From: an uncultured Gammaproteobacteria bacterium | GTDB lineage: Bacteria > Pseudomonadota > Gammaproteobacteria > Steroidobacterales > Rariloculaceae | Reading direction: 5' to 3' | DNA: 64,000 nucleotides | NCBI GenBank assembly: GCA_963782445.1 | Contig: CAWAJM010000001.1 | Location: 2,485,285-2,549,284 of the forward strand | Shown here: positions 8,196-18,207 of the stretch, piece after piece | Position numbering within the stretch: position 1 is the stretch's first letter | How the letters are laid out: each line of letters starts with the position of its first letter | Translations under genes and position numbers: made by a program | The notes under the pieces: generated by a model | Told to the model about the DNA's origin: nothing | The model's database searches: none | What the model saw: only the letters and a program-made list of their open reading frames with translations

Positions 8196-9853
8196 TGTCA
8201 CGCCTATCGACCGCCGCGCTCGCCGTGCTGCTCACGGCTCCGCTCGCCGCCGAGGCGCAGCTGACGGCGGCGCGGCTCGTGCACGCGCAGGCCGAGCCGC
8301 AGAACTGGCTCACGTACTCGGGCGGCTACCAGAGCCGGCGTTACAGCTCGCTGCAGCAGATCAACCGCCGCAACGTCGATGACCTCGAGCTCAAGTGGGT
8401 CTTTCAAGCCAGCTCGCTCGAAAACTTCGAGACCTCGCCGCTCGTCGTCGACGGCATCATGTATCTCACGGAAGCGCCTGACACGGCCGTGGCGCTCGAC
8501 GCACGAACCGGCAGAGTCTTTTGGCGCTATCAGTACGACCCCGACGCCGCCGGACGCCCCTGTTGCGGGCGGGTGAATCGCGGCCTCGCGATGCTCGGCG
8601 ATACCCTCTACATGGCGACCATCGATGCGAAGCTCATCGCCCTCGACGCGAAAACGGGCCGGCCGCTGTGGCACGTCCGAGTCGCCGACCCGGCCGCGGG
8701 CTACTCGATGACGCTGGCGCCGCTCGTCGTCAAGGACAAGGTCATCCTCGGCGTCGGCGGCGGCGAATTCGGCATCCGCGGATTTCTCGCGGCCTACGAT
8801 GCCGCGACGGGCAAAGAGATATGGCGCTTCTACACCATCCCCGCGCCGGGGAAGCCCGGCTCGGAGACGTGGCAGGACGGCGGGGACGCCTGGAAACACG
8901 GCGGCGGCCCGATCTGGGTCACGGGCTCGTACGATCCCGCGCTGAACCTGACCTACTGGGGCGTCGGCAACCCCGGTCCCGACTGGGCCCCCGCGCAACG
9001 GCCGGGGGACAACCTCTTCACGTGCAGCGTCGTCGCCCTGGATGCGGACACGGGCCGGCTGGTCTGGCACTTCCAGTTCTCCCCCCACGACGGCCATGAC
9101 TTCGACTCGACGCAGGTGCCGGTGCTCGTCGACCTGCCGACCCACGAACCTTCGAGCGGCAAGCTCATGCTCTGGGCCAACCGCAACGGATTCTTCTATG
9201 TGCTCGACCGCGTAACCGGCAAGTTCGTCCGTGGAAATCCGTTCGTGAAGGTCAACTGGGCTTCCGGCCTCGACGCGGCGGGCCGGCCGATCCCGACGCC
9301 CGTGCCCGCGGGGCAGGCGACCTACCCGGGCAATCAGGGCGGCACGAACTGGTACTCGCCGTCGTACAGCCCGCGAACGGGGCTCTTCTACGTGCAGGCC
9401 TGGAAGGGCTACTCCACGGTCTACAAGGCCGACACCGAGCTTACGCCCTACCAGGAAGGCAAGTCCTTCGTGGGCGGGTTTCCCTCGGGGCCCGTGCCCG
9501 GGCGCACGAATCTGCCCGGCATCCGCCGCGGGCAGATCAACGATTGGACCGACGCCGTGGGCTACGGCGAAGTGCTCGCAATCGATCCGCTGACGGGCGA
9601 GGACAGGTGGCGGTTCAGGACCACGAACGTCTCGACGAGCGGTGTCCTGACGACGGCGGGCGACGTGCTTTTCACGGGCACTCGAGACGGGTACTTTTAT
9701 GCGCTCGATGCCACGAACGGGCGGCTCCTGTGGCGCGTCACGGTGGACGGCCAGGGCGCGAACGGGCCGATGTCGTACGCCGTCGGCGGCCAACAGTATG
9801 TGGCCGCGGCCTCCGGCCATGCGCTGTTCGTGTTCGGGCTCAGGCAACATTAG
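8192..9853 (+). CDS. PQQ-dependent dehydrogenase, methanol/ethanol family
   Basis: Signal peptide; 'NWLTYSG', 'ETSPLVVDG', vicinal Cys 'PCCGRVNRG', 'GGEFGIRG', 'YWGVGNPGP', 'SPHDGHDFD', 'GGTNW'; beta-propeller repeats. Confidence 0.93.
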   Translation: MMSRLSTAALAVLLTAPLAAEAQLTAARLVHAQAEPQNWLTYSGGYQSRRYSSLQQINRRNVDDLELKWVFQASSLENFETSPLVVDGIMYLTEAPDTAVALDARTGRVFWRYQYDPDAAGRPCCGRVNRGLAMLGDTLYMATIDAKLIALDAKTGRPLWHVRVADPAAGYSMTLAPLVVKDKVILGVGGGEFGIRGFLAAYDAATGKEIWRFYTIPAPGKPGSETWQDGGDAWKHGGGPIWVTGSYDPALNLTYWGVGNPGPDWAPAQRPGDNLFTCSVVALDADTGRLVWHFQFSPHDGHDFDSTQVPVLVDLPTHEPSSGKLMLWANRNGFFYVLDRVTGKFVRGNPFVKVNWASGLDAAGRPIPTPVPAGQATYPGNQGGTNWYSPSYSPRTGLFYVQAWKGYSTVYKADTELTPYQEGKSFVGGFPSGPVPGRTNLPGIRRGQINDWTDAVGYGEVLAIDPLTGEDRWRFRTTNVSTSGVLTTAGDVLFTGTRDGYFYALDATNGRLLWRVTVDGQGANGPMSYAVGGQQYVAAASGHALFVFGLRQH

Positions 9854-9880
9854 CCGCGGCACGGCCGCGGGGAGTCATTC

Positions 9881-10615
9881 ATGCAGCTTTCCTTGGTTCT
9901 CGGTTTAGCCCCTCTATTCATCGCACTCGCCGCTTGCAGCCAGCAGGGCAACGAGGGCGCACCTGCAGCCGCAGCGCCGCCCGCGGCCCACGAGCCCGCT
10001 GCGGACAGTTCCGGCGCCGACGCGCAGGCCGCCGCGAGCCCGCTCGCGCATGCGTTGGAGCCGCTGCCGGGCAAGGCGGGCCAGACGCCGGCGCTCACGC
10101 ACGCCGTCAAGGTCGTCCTGCAAACGACGGCCGGCGACGTGACGGTCGAGGTGTATCCGGAGGCCGCGCCGAACGCGGCGGCCCGCTTCCTCGAGCTCGT
10201 CAAAGCCGGCTACTACGACGGCACGCCCATCTCCCGCGTCGTGCCGGGCTTCGTGGCTCAATTCGGCGTGAATTGGCGCGACGGCTACAAGAGCTGGAGA
10301 ACCAAGACCTTCGCCGACGATCCGAGCCTGTTCTCGCTCGAGCGCGGCACGCTCGCCTTCGCTAAGGCGGGCCCAAACACGAACTCGACCCAGGTCTTCA
10401 TCAACTATGCCGAAAACAACCAGCTCGCGAGCCCGCAGTACAACTTCACGGTCTTCGGCAAAGTCGTGAACGGCATGGATGTCGTGGACAAGTTCGTGCA
10501 GGTCGGCGACCCTAGCAACGGCTTGAACCAAGATAGGTTGTGGAACGACGGCGCCGCCTACCTCGATTCGCTGCCCGTCAAACCGACGATGATCGAGCGC
10601 GCCGTCGTGCAGTGA
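9881..10615 (+). CDS. Cyclophilin-type peptidyl-prolyl isomerase (lipoprotein)
   Basis: Lipobox LAAC; 'GYYDGTPISRVVPGFVAQFG', 'GTLAFA', 'TQVFIN', 'VFGKVVNGMDVV'. Confidence 0.9.
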   Translation: MQLSLVLGLAPLFIALAACSQQGNEGAPAAAAPPAAHEPAADSSGADAQAAASPLAHALEPLPGKAGQTPALTHAVKVVLQTTAGDVTVEVYPEAAPNAAARFLELVKAGYYDGTPISRVVPGFVAQFGVNWRDGYKSWRTKTFADDPSLFSLERGTLAFAKAGPNTNSTQVFINYAENNQLASPQYNFTVFGKVVNGMDVVDKFVQVGDPSNGLNQDRLWNDGAAYLDSLPVKPTMIERAVVQ

Positions 10616-10631
10616 AAGGCACTGGTAAGGC

Positions 10632-11642
10632 ATGAAATTCGGCATCTTCGACCACATCGACGATGACGGCGCGGATCCCGGCGAGCAGCTCGCAGACAGG
10701 CTGCGCCTCGCCGAGCTCTACGACCGGCTCGGCTTCTACGCCTATCATGTGGCGGAGCACCATGGCACGCCGCTCTCGCGCTCTCCGTCGCCCAACGTAT
10801 TCCTTTCGGCCGCGGCCGCTCGCACCACGCGGCTGCGGCTCGGGCCGCTCGTCTATGTGCTGCCGTTGTACGATCCGTTCCGGCTCGCCGAGGAGGTCGC
10901 GACGCTCGATCGGATCAGCGGCGGCCGCCTGGAGATGGGCGTCGGCCGCGGGGCGTCGGACCTCGAGAGCGCGATATTCGGGCTCGATACCCAGCGCGAG
11001 CGGTTCCAGGACGCCTTGGCCGTGCTGCTCAAGGCGCTCTCGTCCGAGCGCTTCAGCCACGCAGGGCCCTACTATCGGTACGACGACGTAACGATGGCCG
11101 TCCGCCCCATGCAGCAGCCCCACCCGCCTTTATGGACGGGCATCAGCCGTCCCGAAGCCGCCGAGTGGGCCGCGGCGAACGCCATGAACGTCGTCGCGCT
11201 CCTGCCCGCGGCGGCCGTCCGGCCCGTCACGGATCGCTACCGCGAGGCATGGGCGCGGCTCGGTAAGGCCGAAGACGCGCTGCCCTGCCTCGGCCTGAAC
11301 CGGCCGCTCGTTCTCGCCCAAACCGAGCGCGAGGCCCTCGAGGTCGCGCGGCGCGCTTACAGGCGCTGGAAACGCAACCTCGACTGGCTCTGGGACAGGA
11401 AAGGCGTCGCCTCGAGTCTGGCCAAGGTTCTGCCCGACGAATTCGACGCGTTTCAACGGCTCGGCGCCGGCTTCGCGGGCACGCCGGCCGCGGCGCGCGA
11501 GTTCTTTGCCGCGGAGATCGAAGCGGCTGGCGTCAACTATCTCAACGTCGGCGTCGCCTGGGGCGCGACGACCTTCGCGGAGGCCGCCCGCACGGCGGAG
11601 CTGTTCGCCGAGGAAGTCGTGCCGGCGCTGGCGGCGCTCTGA
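10632..11642 (+). CDS. LLM (luciferase-like) flavin-dependent oxidoreductase
   Basis: 'MKFGIF', 'VAEHH', 'AAARTTRLRLG', 'RLAEEVATLDRISGGRLEMGVGRG', 'RPMQQPHPPLW'. Confidence 0.92.
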   Translation: MKFGIFDHIDDDGADPGEQLADRLRLAELYDRLGFYAYHVAEHHGTPLSRSPSPNVFLSAAAARTTRLRLGPLVYVLPLYDPFRLAEEVATLDRISGGRLEMGVGRGASDLESAIFGLDTQRERFQDALAVLLKALSSERFSHAGPYYRYDDVTMAVRPMQQPHPPLWTGISRPEAAEWAAANAMNVVALLPAAAVRPVTDRYREAWARLGKAEDALPCLGLNRPLVLAQTEREALEVARRAYRRWKRNLDWLWDRKGVASSLAKVLPDEFDAFQRLGAGFAGTPAAAREFFAAEIEAAGVNYLNVGVAWGATTFAEAARTAELFAEEVVPALAAL

Positions 11643-11675
11643 GGGACGCGTCCCCGGGCGCCGTCGACGCGCGCG

Positions 11676-12605
11676 TCAGTGCGCGGCCGTCCTCCAGCCG
11701 CCGCGGCCGGGCCCATAGCCGGGCTTCCAGCCCGTCGGCTCGGAATCCGGCAGATTGAAGAGCACGGCATGGATCTCCTGAATCATGCCGGCCTTGATGG
11801 CGAAGAACTCGGCCACGAGCCGATCGTTGGCCGTCGCGCGGCTCTGGCTCTTCCTGCCGTCCTTGAGGCCGAAGCGGACGATCGACAGCACGATGCCGCG
11901 CTCGGTGTCGACGACCGGATAGCGCCGATCCCAGAGGTTGCGGCCGATGAACGCGCCGCGATCGAAGCCCTCGGCCGTCGAAACGTAATGGCCGTCGCGC
12001 ACGAGGCCCGTCGTCTGCAGCCCGTTCTCGAAGCGGCGCGCATCCGGCAGCAGCTTCGCGGGATGGTACGCTTCCGTGCCGTTCGTCTCGAACGCACGCC
12101 AATAGCTCTCGGCCGCCGCGACGAGCCCATAGTAGGAATCGCGGTCCGCGGGCCGGATCGTGAGCTGCAGCGCCGGATCGACCTGTTTGAGATTGTCGGC
12201 GTCCCAGAGCCGGTCGGCGTCACCGCGGTTGGCCTTAATGGTCTCGACTTCCGTGACGCGCCCGTCGGCCACCTTGAGACGGACCATGAGAATCGTCTTT
12301 GTGCCGTCCTCGTTCTCGACGACCGCTTCGGTACCGGTATCTCCGCGCGGCTCGTTGACGATGTCCCATCGATACACCGTGCGCTCGACGCCGGGCCAGA
12401 ACGCCTTCGCCAGACTCATCTCGCGGCCGTTCTCGGTGACCTTCGCAGCCGCCGCGAGCGGCACCATGGCCGGATCGTCATGCACGAGTCCGTCGAAAAA
12501 CGCATCGACGAAGCCCGTCAGGCACTGCCGATCGCAGCGCGCCTGCGCGCTCGCGCCGTTCGCGAAGATCGCCCCCGCTGCCGCGACGACCGCGGCCGTC
12601 TTCAT
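11676..12605 (-). CDS. Secreted hypothetical protein with tandem NTF2/SnoaL-like domains
   Basis: Signal peptide; 'CDRQCLTGFVDAFF', 'TENG', 'RFENG', 'RRYPVVDTERGIV'. Paralog of 37459-38508. Confidence 0.75.
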   Translation of the reverse strand: MKTAAVVAAAGAIFANGASAQARCDRQCLTGFVDAFFDGLVHDDPAMVPLAAAAKVTENGREMSLAKAFWPGVERTVYRWDIVNEPRGDTGTEAVVENEDGTKTILMVRLKVADGRVTEVETIKANRGDADRLWDADNLKQVDPALQLTIRPADRDSYYGLVAAAESYWRAFETNGTEAYHPAKLLPDARRFENGLQTTGLVRDGHYVSTAEGFDRGAFIGRNLWDRRYPVVDTERGIVLSIVRFGLKDGRKSQSRATANDRLVAEFFAIKAGMIQEIHAVLFNLPDSEPTGWKPGYGPGRGGWRTAAH

Positions 12606-12765
12606 GAATTTCACGCCACTCCCCCGAAGCCACGTCCTGATCGAGGAAGGCTACCACATGCGAGAGGAACGCGAGCATGATGATAAGCTGGCAGCGCGAG
12701 CCGCACGCGCCGACCGGAACGGCCGTACGGCTCGCCTCGCCCCGCGGCCAGCCAAGGAGTCCTCC

Positions 12766-13305
12766 ATGCGCGAGCTCAGCTTCGGCCAACCCGACGATGG
12801 GATCGTCCAAATGGCTTATACGGTCGCGGACATCCGCGCGGCCATCGAGAAGTGGATTGCCCGTCTCAACGTCGGCCCCTGGTTCCTGCTCGAGCACTTC
12901 ACCGGCGAACATGCCGTCTACCGCGGCCAGCCGTCCCAGGCGGACGTGAAAATCGCGATGGCCTTCGCCGGCCACATGAACGTCGAGCTCATCGAACCCA
13001 ACGACGCCCACCCTTCGGTGTATCGCGAGGCCATCGAGGCCCGCGGCCACGGCTTCCACCACTGGGGCGTCGCGAGCCGCGACGTGGATGCCAACGTCGA
13101 GCGCTATCGCCGCATGGGCATGGAAGTCGCGTTCCGCGCCGGCGTGCCCACGGGCGGCGAAGTCGTCTACATGGACGCACGGGGCGCGCTGCCCGGTTTC
13201 GTCGAGCTCATTCCCGCGACGCCGCTCATGGAGGAGGCCTTCGGGCGCTTCCACCGGGCGGCCGTCGACTGGGACGGCCGCGAGCCCGTCCGGGCGTTCC
13301 TCTAG
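12766..13305 (+). CDS. VOC (glyoxalase/epimerase) family protein
   Basis: RBS AAGGAG; 'QMAYTVADI', 'ELIEP', 'GFHHWG', 'FVELI'. Confidence 0.85.
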   Translation: MRELSFGQPDDGIVQMAYTVADIRAAIEKWIARLNVGPWFLLEHFTGEHAVYRGQPSQADVKIAMAFAGHMNVELIEPNDAHPSVYREAIEARGHGFHHWGVASRDVDANVERYRRMGMEVAFRAGVPTGGEVVYMDARGALPGFVELIPATPLMEEAFGRFHRAAVDWDGREPVRAFL

Positions 13306-13422
13306 CCGGCACGCCGGTCGCCCCGCTCATGGTCCTCCGATGCATCGGCCTGGAAACGGTAGTGGTGGGCGGGTCTCATGCGGCCGACCCCGCGACGAAA
13401 CATAGGAGTAGGAGAACCGAGA

Positions 13423-14184
13423 ATGACGAACCTCCATCGCGCCGTCCTCGCTGCCCTGGCCCTGCTGCCCCTGCAATCCGCGTGGTCCGGACCGCCGTTC
13501 TTTACGGACGATCCCGTGCCGCTCGACTACCGTCATTCCGAGGGCTACGTCTTCTCGACGTTCGCTTCCGGACCGGACGGCAAAGAGATCGCGGCGCCGG
13601 CCTTCGAATACAACCACAGTCCGGCTCCCGAGGTCATGATCCACTCCGTCGTGCCGTTTCTGGAGGAGCGGCCCGACGGGCTCGGTCACGCGTACGGACT
13701 CGGGGACGTCGAGCTCGGCGTCAAATATCGGTTCCTCGACGAGACGGACAAGCGCCCGCAGATCGGAATCTTTCCGTTCCTCGAGCTGCCGACCGGGGAC
13801 GCTGCGGCCGGCACGGGCAACGGCCGGGCCTGGGGCATGTTTCCCGTCTGGCTAGAGAAGAGCTGGGGACAATGGACCACGGATTTCGGCGGGGGGCGCG
13901 TATTCAACTCGGCGCCGGGGCAACGCGACTACGATTTCGGCGGCGCTCTGCTCTTACGCAGGCTGTCCGACCGCCTGATCCTCGGCGGCGAGGTGTTCGG
14001 GCAAGGCGCGGCGTCCGAGGACGGCCGCGGCACGACGCTCGCGACCTTCGGCGGCTACTACACGCCGCACCTTCAGTGCGGCGGCTGCCAGGTGCTGTTC
14101 GACGCCGGCCACAGCATCGCAGGCGAAAGGAACGAGACTCTCTATCTCGGGCTGTATTGGACCTGGGGACCGCCCAAGTCCTAG
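13423..14184 (+). CDS. Putative outer-membrane beta-barrel / transporter-like protein
   Basis: RBS; signal peptide; 'GPPFFTDDP', 'GLGDVELGVKYRF'; amphipathic strands ending in an aromatic-rich strand (YLGLYWTW). Confidence 0.7.
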   Translation: MTNLHRAVLAALALLPLQSAWSGPPFFTDDPVPLDYRHSEGYVFSTFASGPDGKEIAAPAFEYNHSPAPEVMIHSVVPFLEERPDGLGHAYGLGDVELGVKYRFLDETDKRPQIGIFPFLELPTGDAAAGTGNGRAWGMFPVWLEKSWGQWTTDFGGGRVFNSAPGQRDYDFGGALLLRRLSDRLILGGEVFGQGAASEDGRGTTLATFGGYYTPHLQCGGCQVLFDAGHSIAGERNETLYLGLYWTWGPPKS

Positions 14185-14221
14185 CGTCCGGGTCAAGATG
14201 CCGGAGCGGCGCCGGGTAGCC

Positions 14222-16094
14222 TCAGGGCAGCAGCCCGAACTCCGCTACCCCGCTCCGCGTGCCGACGAATACTCTGCCGTCGGCGATCGTCGGCGTGATG
14301 AATTTGTTGCCCGAGCCGAAATGGTCGCGGCCGTTCGCCGCCTGATTGCTGTTGTAGAGCTCGTGCGCCAGATTGGTCGCGTCGTAGGCGTGCAGGACGG
14401 CAGGGTCCGTGTTCTCGTGCGCCCAGACGATGCCGTCGACCGAGCCGTCGGCCGAGACGGCGGGCGCCGTGCCGGGGTACGGAAAGACCGTGCTCGTCTG
14501 CGAGCTCGGCAGCGTCGCGAGCTTGGCATCGCTCACATCGAAGGCCTTCAACGTGCCGTGGACGTCGCCGTAGTAGACCGTGCCGTCGAAGTAGGCCGGC
14601 GTGGACCAGATGCCGCCGGGCAAGACGCCGCCGAGCTCCTGCCAGATGTGATTCCCCGCGGGATCGAAGCGCCCCATCGAGTCGCGATTCACGACGTAGA
14701 TATTCCCGTCCTTGCCCGCCCCGACCGCCAGGTGACGCGTCGTCCCGGATGCGTCCGCGAGATCGGGCAGCAGCATGATGCCGCCGGAGCCGAGGTCCGT
14801 GTCGGCCTGCGACTCCGCGACCTCGTTGGCCATCGTGAAATAATCCGCGACGGCGAGCATGCCGCCCGCCGTCGTCAGCTTGAGAAACGAATTGCCGTAA
14901 TCCTGCCCGCTCGGAAAGCCGGCGCCGTCGAGCGTCGTCTCGAAGGCCCCGTTGGCCGTCAGCACGTAGACGTTGCCCGCGGCGTCCGCCGCCGGGCCGC
15001 CGCCGCTCATCCAAATCGCCGGGCCCCCGCCGCCGCTGTTCGGGGCAACGTCGAGCACGGCGGCGCGGGCGAGCGTCTGCTGATCGTAGGCGATGATCCA
15101 GCCCGTATAGGGCGCGATGTCGCAGTGCGAGGTCCAGGTCGTATAGATACGGCCGCCCGACGACAACAGCGCGGCGCGCTCCTCGTACTGTCCGGGGGCG
15201 AACGTCGTCGTGCCGCCCTGCGCCGTCGGGAACATGGCCGCGATCTCGACCGGCCCGCCGAATAGCTCGGCGCCCGTCGCGAACGTCCAGCGCATGCAGA
15301 CGCTGGTGATACGCCGAGCTCGCATCCTTCGACATCGCCACGACGTAAAGCGCGCCGCGGCTGCGGTCGATGACCGGCGTCGCCGTGATGCCGATTTCCG
15401 GAACGACCTGTCCGCAGCCGCGCGTGTCGCTCGGCGTCTCCCCCGCACCAAGCAGCGACACGCGCCACAACGTCGCGCCCGTGTCCGCGTCGAACGCATA
15501 GACCGTGTCGTGCTCCGTCGCCGCAAAGACAACGTCGTGGGTGCCGCCGCCGATCGCAAGCTTGGAGAGATAGAGCGGCTGCGCATCGACCTTGCCGTCC
15601 ACGTCGAGCACGCGCAGCAGGCCGAACGTCGAGGCGTCGACATTCGCCGGCTTGAGCACGACTTCGGCGAGGTTTTGCCCGGTGCGCGTGACGTCGTTCT
15701 TGTAGGTCACAACGTCGGCGGGCGCGGCCGGGTCCGTCACGCTCAGGGTCGCGGTCGCGCTCGAGACGCTGCCGGCGGCATTGCTAACGTCGACCGAAAA
15801 CGTGGCCCCGTCGTCGGCCGCCTCAGCAGCCGGTGCAACGTAGACCGAAGCGGTGGCCCCCGATAGGGCCGCCCCGTCCCGCTTCCATTGATAAGCCAGA
15901 GGGGGCGTACCCCTGGCCGTAACCGTGAACGTCGCCCGCGCCCCGAGCGGGACGCGCTGATCCGCGGGCTGGGCCGTGATGGCGGGCGGCGTCCCGGCCG
16001 CCGGGCGCTCGCCGCCCCCGCCATGACCGCCGCCGCAGCCGGCGAGCGCCGCCGCGAACAGCGTGGCGCCGAGACGTAAGAGCCGTCGATCCAT
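14222..16094 (-). CDS. Lipoprotein with Ig-like domain plus PQQ-like beta-propeller (+1 frameshift near 15282)
   Basis: Lipobox LAGC; Ig motif 'PAITAQP...LAYQWKRDG'; 'VDAQPLY', 'GITATPVID', 'HALDV|ATGAELFGGP', 'DTDLGSGG', 'KFITPTIADGRVFVG'. Confidence 0.8.
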
Positions 16095-16234
16095 GGCGCG
16101 CTCCGCAAGCAGGCCGGGCCTTCAGGATTAGCGCGGCGGGCGGCCTTTGACAAGCTCGCGGCGCCCCGCAGCCTCGAGCGCGGACGCGTCGCTATATCGC
16201 TATACCGCCACCAGCGGCCTGTAACAGCTGGCCA

Positions 16235-17377
16235 CTAGAGGTCGAGCACGGAGCGATCGACATCGGCGAGCCGCGTGCGGCCCGCCATGGCCATGGCCGC
16301 CTCCAGTTCCCTGCCGATCGTCTCTATGACGGCCTCGACCGACCGGCGTCCGCCCGCGGCGAGCGCAAAGGCCCACGCGCGTCCGAGCAGGACCCCGTCG
16401 GCGCCGAGCGCGAGCATGCGCAGCACGTCGACGCCGTTGCGCACGCCGCCGTCGACGAGCACGGAAAGCTTCCGGTCCACGGCCTCGACAACGTCGGGCA
16501 AGGCCCTGACGGTCGAACGCACGCCGTCGAACTGCCGGCCGCCGTGGTTCGAGACGACGATGCCGTCCGCGCCGAGCGCGACGGCCTGGCGCGCATCCTC
16601 CGGATCGAGGATGCCCTTGATCACGAGCGGACCCTTCCACTTCGCGCGGATCCAGTCCAGATCCTTCCAGGTGACGCTCGGGTCGAAGTTGCTGCCGAGC
16701 CAGCCGATGTAGTCCTCGAGGCCGCTGTTCTCGCCGAGCACGGCGAGCAGATTGCCGAGCGAGTGCGGGCGGCCGCGTACGCCTACTTCGTAGCACCACC
16801 GCGGCCTTCCCAGCGCCTGAACCATGCGCCTGAGCCGCCCCGCGAGCCCCGCGCTGCCGGCCAGTCCCGTGCGGTAATCCCGGTAACGAACGCCGGGTAC
16901 CGGCATGTCCACGGTGAAGATCAGCGCCGAGCAGCCGGCCGCGGCGGCCCGGTCCAGTAGATCGTTCATGAAGGCGCGGTCGCGGATCACATACAACTGG
17001 AACCAGAACGGCCGCTGCAACGCGGCCGCGACTTCCTCGAGACTGCAGATCGAGACGGTCGACAGACAGAACGGCACGTTCGCGCTTTCGGCCGCGAGCG
17101 CCGCCTGCATCTCGCCGCGCTGCGCGAACATTCCGGAGATGCCGATGGGGCCGAGGCCGAAAGGCCGGGACCACTCGTGCCCGAAGAGCTGCGTGCGCAC
17201 GTCGATTTTGGAAACATCGTTCAGCACGCGCTGGCGCAATTCGATGCCGCGCAGATCCTCGACGTTGCGCCTGAGCGTATGCTCGGCGTAGGACCCGCCC
17301 GCCACGTACTCCGCCAGAAAGCGCGGCAAGCGGCTTGCAGCGACGCGTGCTATTTCGTCGGATGACCGAAGCCTCAT
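16235..17377 (-). CDS. lldD: FMN-dependent L-lactate / alpha-hydroxy acid dehydrogenase
   Basis: 'FWFQLYVIRDR', 'FTVDMPVPGVRYRD', 'VIKGIL', 'VVSNHGGRQ', 'DGGVRNGVD', 'LGRAW'. Confidence 0.92.
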   Translation of the reverse strand: MRLRSSDEIARVAASRLPRFLAEYVAGGSYAEHTLRRNVEDLRGIELRQRVLNDVSKIDVRTQLFGHEWSRPFGLGPIGISGMFAQRGEMQAALAAESANVPFCLSTVSICSLEEVAAALQRPFWFQLYVIRDRAFMNDLLDRAAAAGCSALIFTVDMPVPGVRYRDYRTGLAGSAGLAGRLRRMVQALGRPRWCYEVGVRGRPHSLGNLLAVLGENSGLEDYIGWLGSNFDPSVTWKDLDWIRAKWKGPLVIKGILDPEDARQAVALGADGIVVSNHGGRQFDGVRSTVRALPDVVEAVDRKLSVLVDGGVRNGVDVLRMLALGADGVLLGRAWAFALAAGGRRSVEAVIETIGRELEAAMAMAGRTRLADVDRSVLDL

Positions 17378-17556
17378 GGAACCCTCGTATCGTCGCCGGC
17401 GGGGGTGCGGCGAGCGCGAAAGGTAGCACGCAGAGCCGCATGCATAAACCGAAGCCGGGGCCGCGCCAGCCGCATGCCGGCGCACGCCCGGCGCGGGCCC
17501 CGCTATACTCCGCGGTGCCATCGCGGCATCGACCGAACCTGCCGGAGCCGAGCGCC

Positions 17557-18207
17557 ATGTACATACCGCCGCATTTCGCGGAAACGCGAATCGAAGTGCT
17601 GCACGGACTTCTCAGGGCGCATCCGCTCGCGACGCTCGTCGTCGCGGTCGGCGGCGACGTCGCCATCGATCATCTGCCGCTGCTGCTCGTCGGCGAGGCG
17701 GCGAACGGGACGCTGCACGGCCACCTGCCGCGAGCGAATCCGGTCTGGCGGGCGCTCGACGGCGATACGCCGGCCGTCGCTGTGTTTCACGGGCCCGAGG
17801 CCTATGTGACGCCCTCCTGGTATCCCGCCAAGCAGGCGCACGGCAAGGTCGTACCGACCTGGGACTACGCAGTCGTCCACGCCCGCGGCCGCCCGCGCAT
17901 CGTCGACGATCGCGACTGGCTGCTCGCGCACGTGACCGCGCTCACCCGCGAGCACGAGGCGGGGCAGCCCCTGCCGTGGCAGGTCTCCGACGCGCCCCGG
18001 GATTACGTAGAGCGAATGCTCGACGCGCTCGTCGGCCTCGAAATGCCCATCGAGACCCTCACGGGCAAATGGAAGGTCAGTCAGAACCGCGAGGCGCCCG
18101 ACAGGCAAGGCGTCGCGGCCGGCCTCCGCGCGCGCGGCGACCGGCGCGCGCTGGACGTGGCCGACCTCGTCGTGGAACGCGGCACGGGCCGCAGGCTCAA
18201 GGACTGA
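17557..18207 (+). CDS. FMN-binding negative transcriptional regulator (PaiB family)
   Basis: 'MYIPPHF', 'YVTPSWYP', 'VPTWDYAVVH', 'GKWKVSQN'. Confidence 0.9.
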   Translation: MYIPPHFAETRIEVLHGLLRAHPLATLVVAVGGDVAIDHLPLLLVGEAANGTLHGHLPRANPVWRALDGDTPAVAVFHGPEAYVTPSWYPAKQAHGKVVPTWDYAVVHARGRPRIVDDRDWLLAHVTALTREHEAGQPLPWQVSDAPRDYVERMLDALVGLEMPIETLTGKWKVSQNREAPDRQGVAAGLRARGDRRALDVADLVVERGTGRRLKD

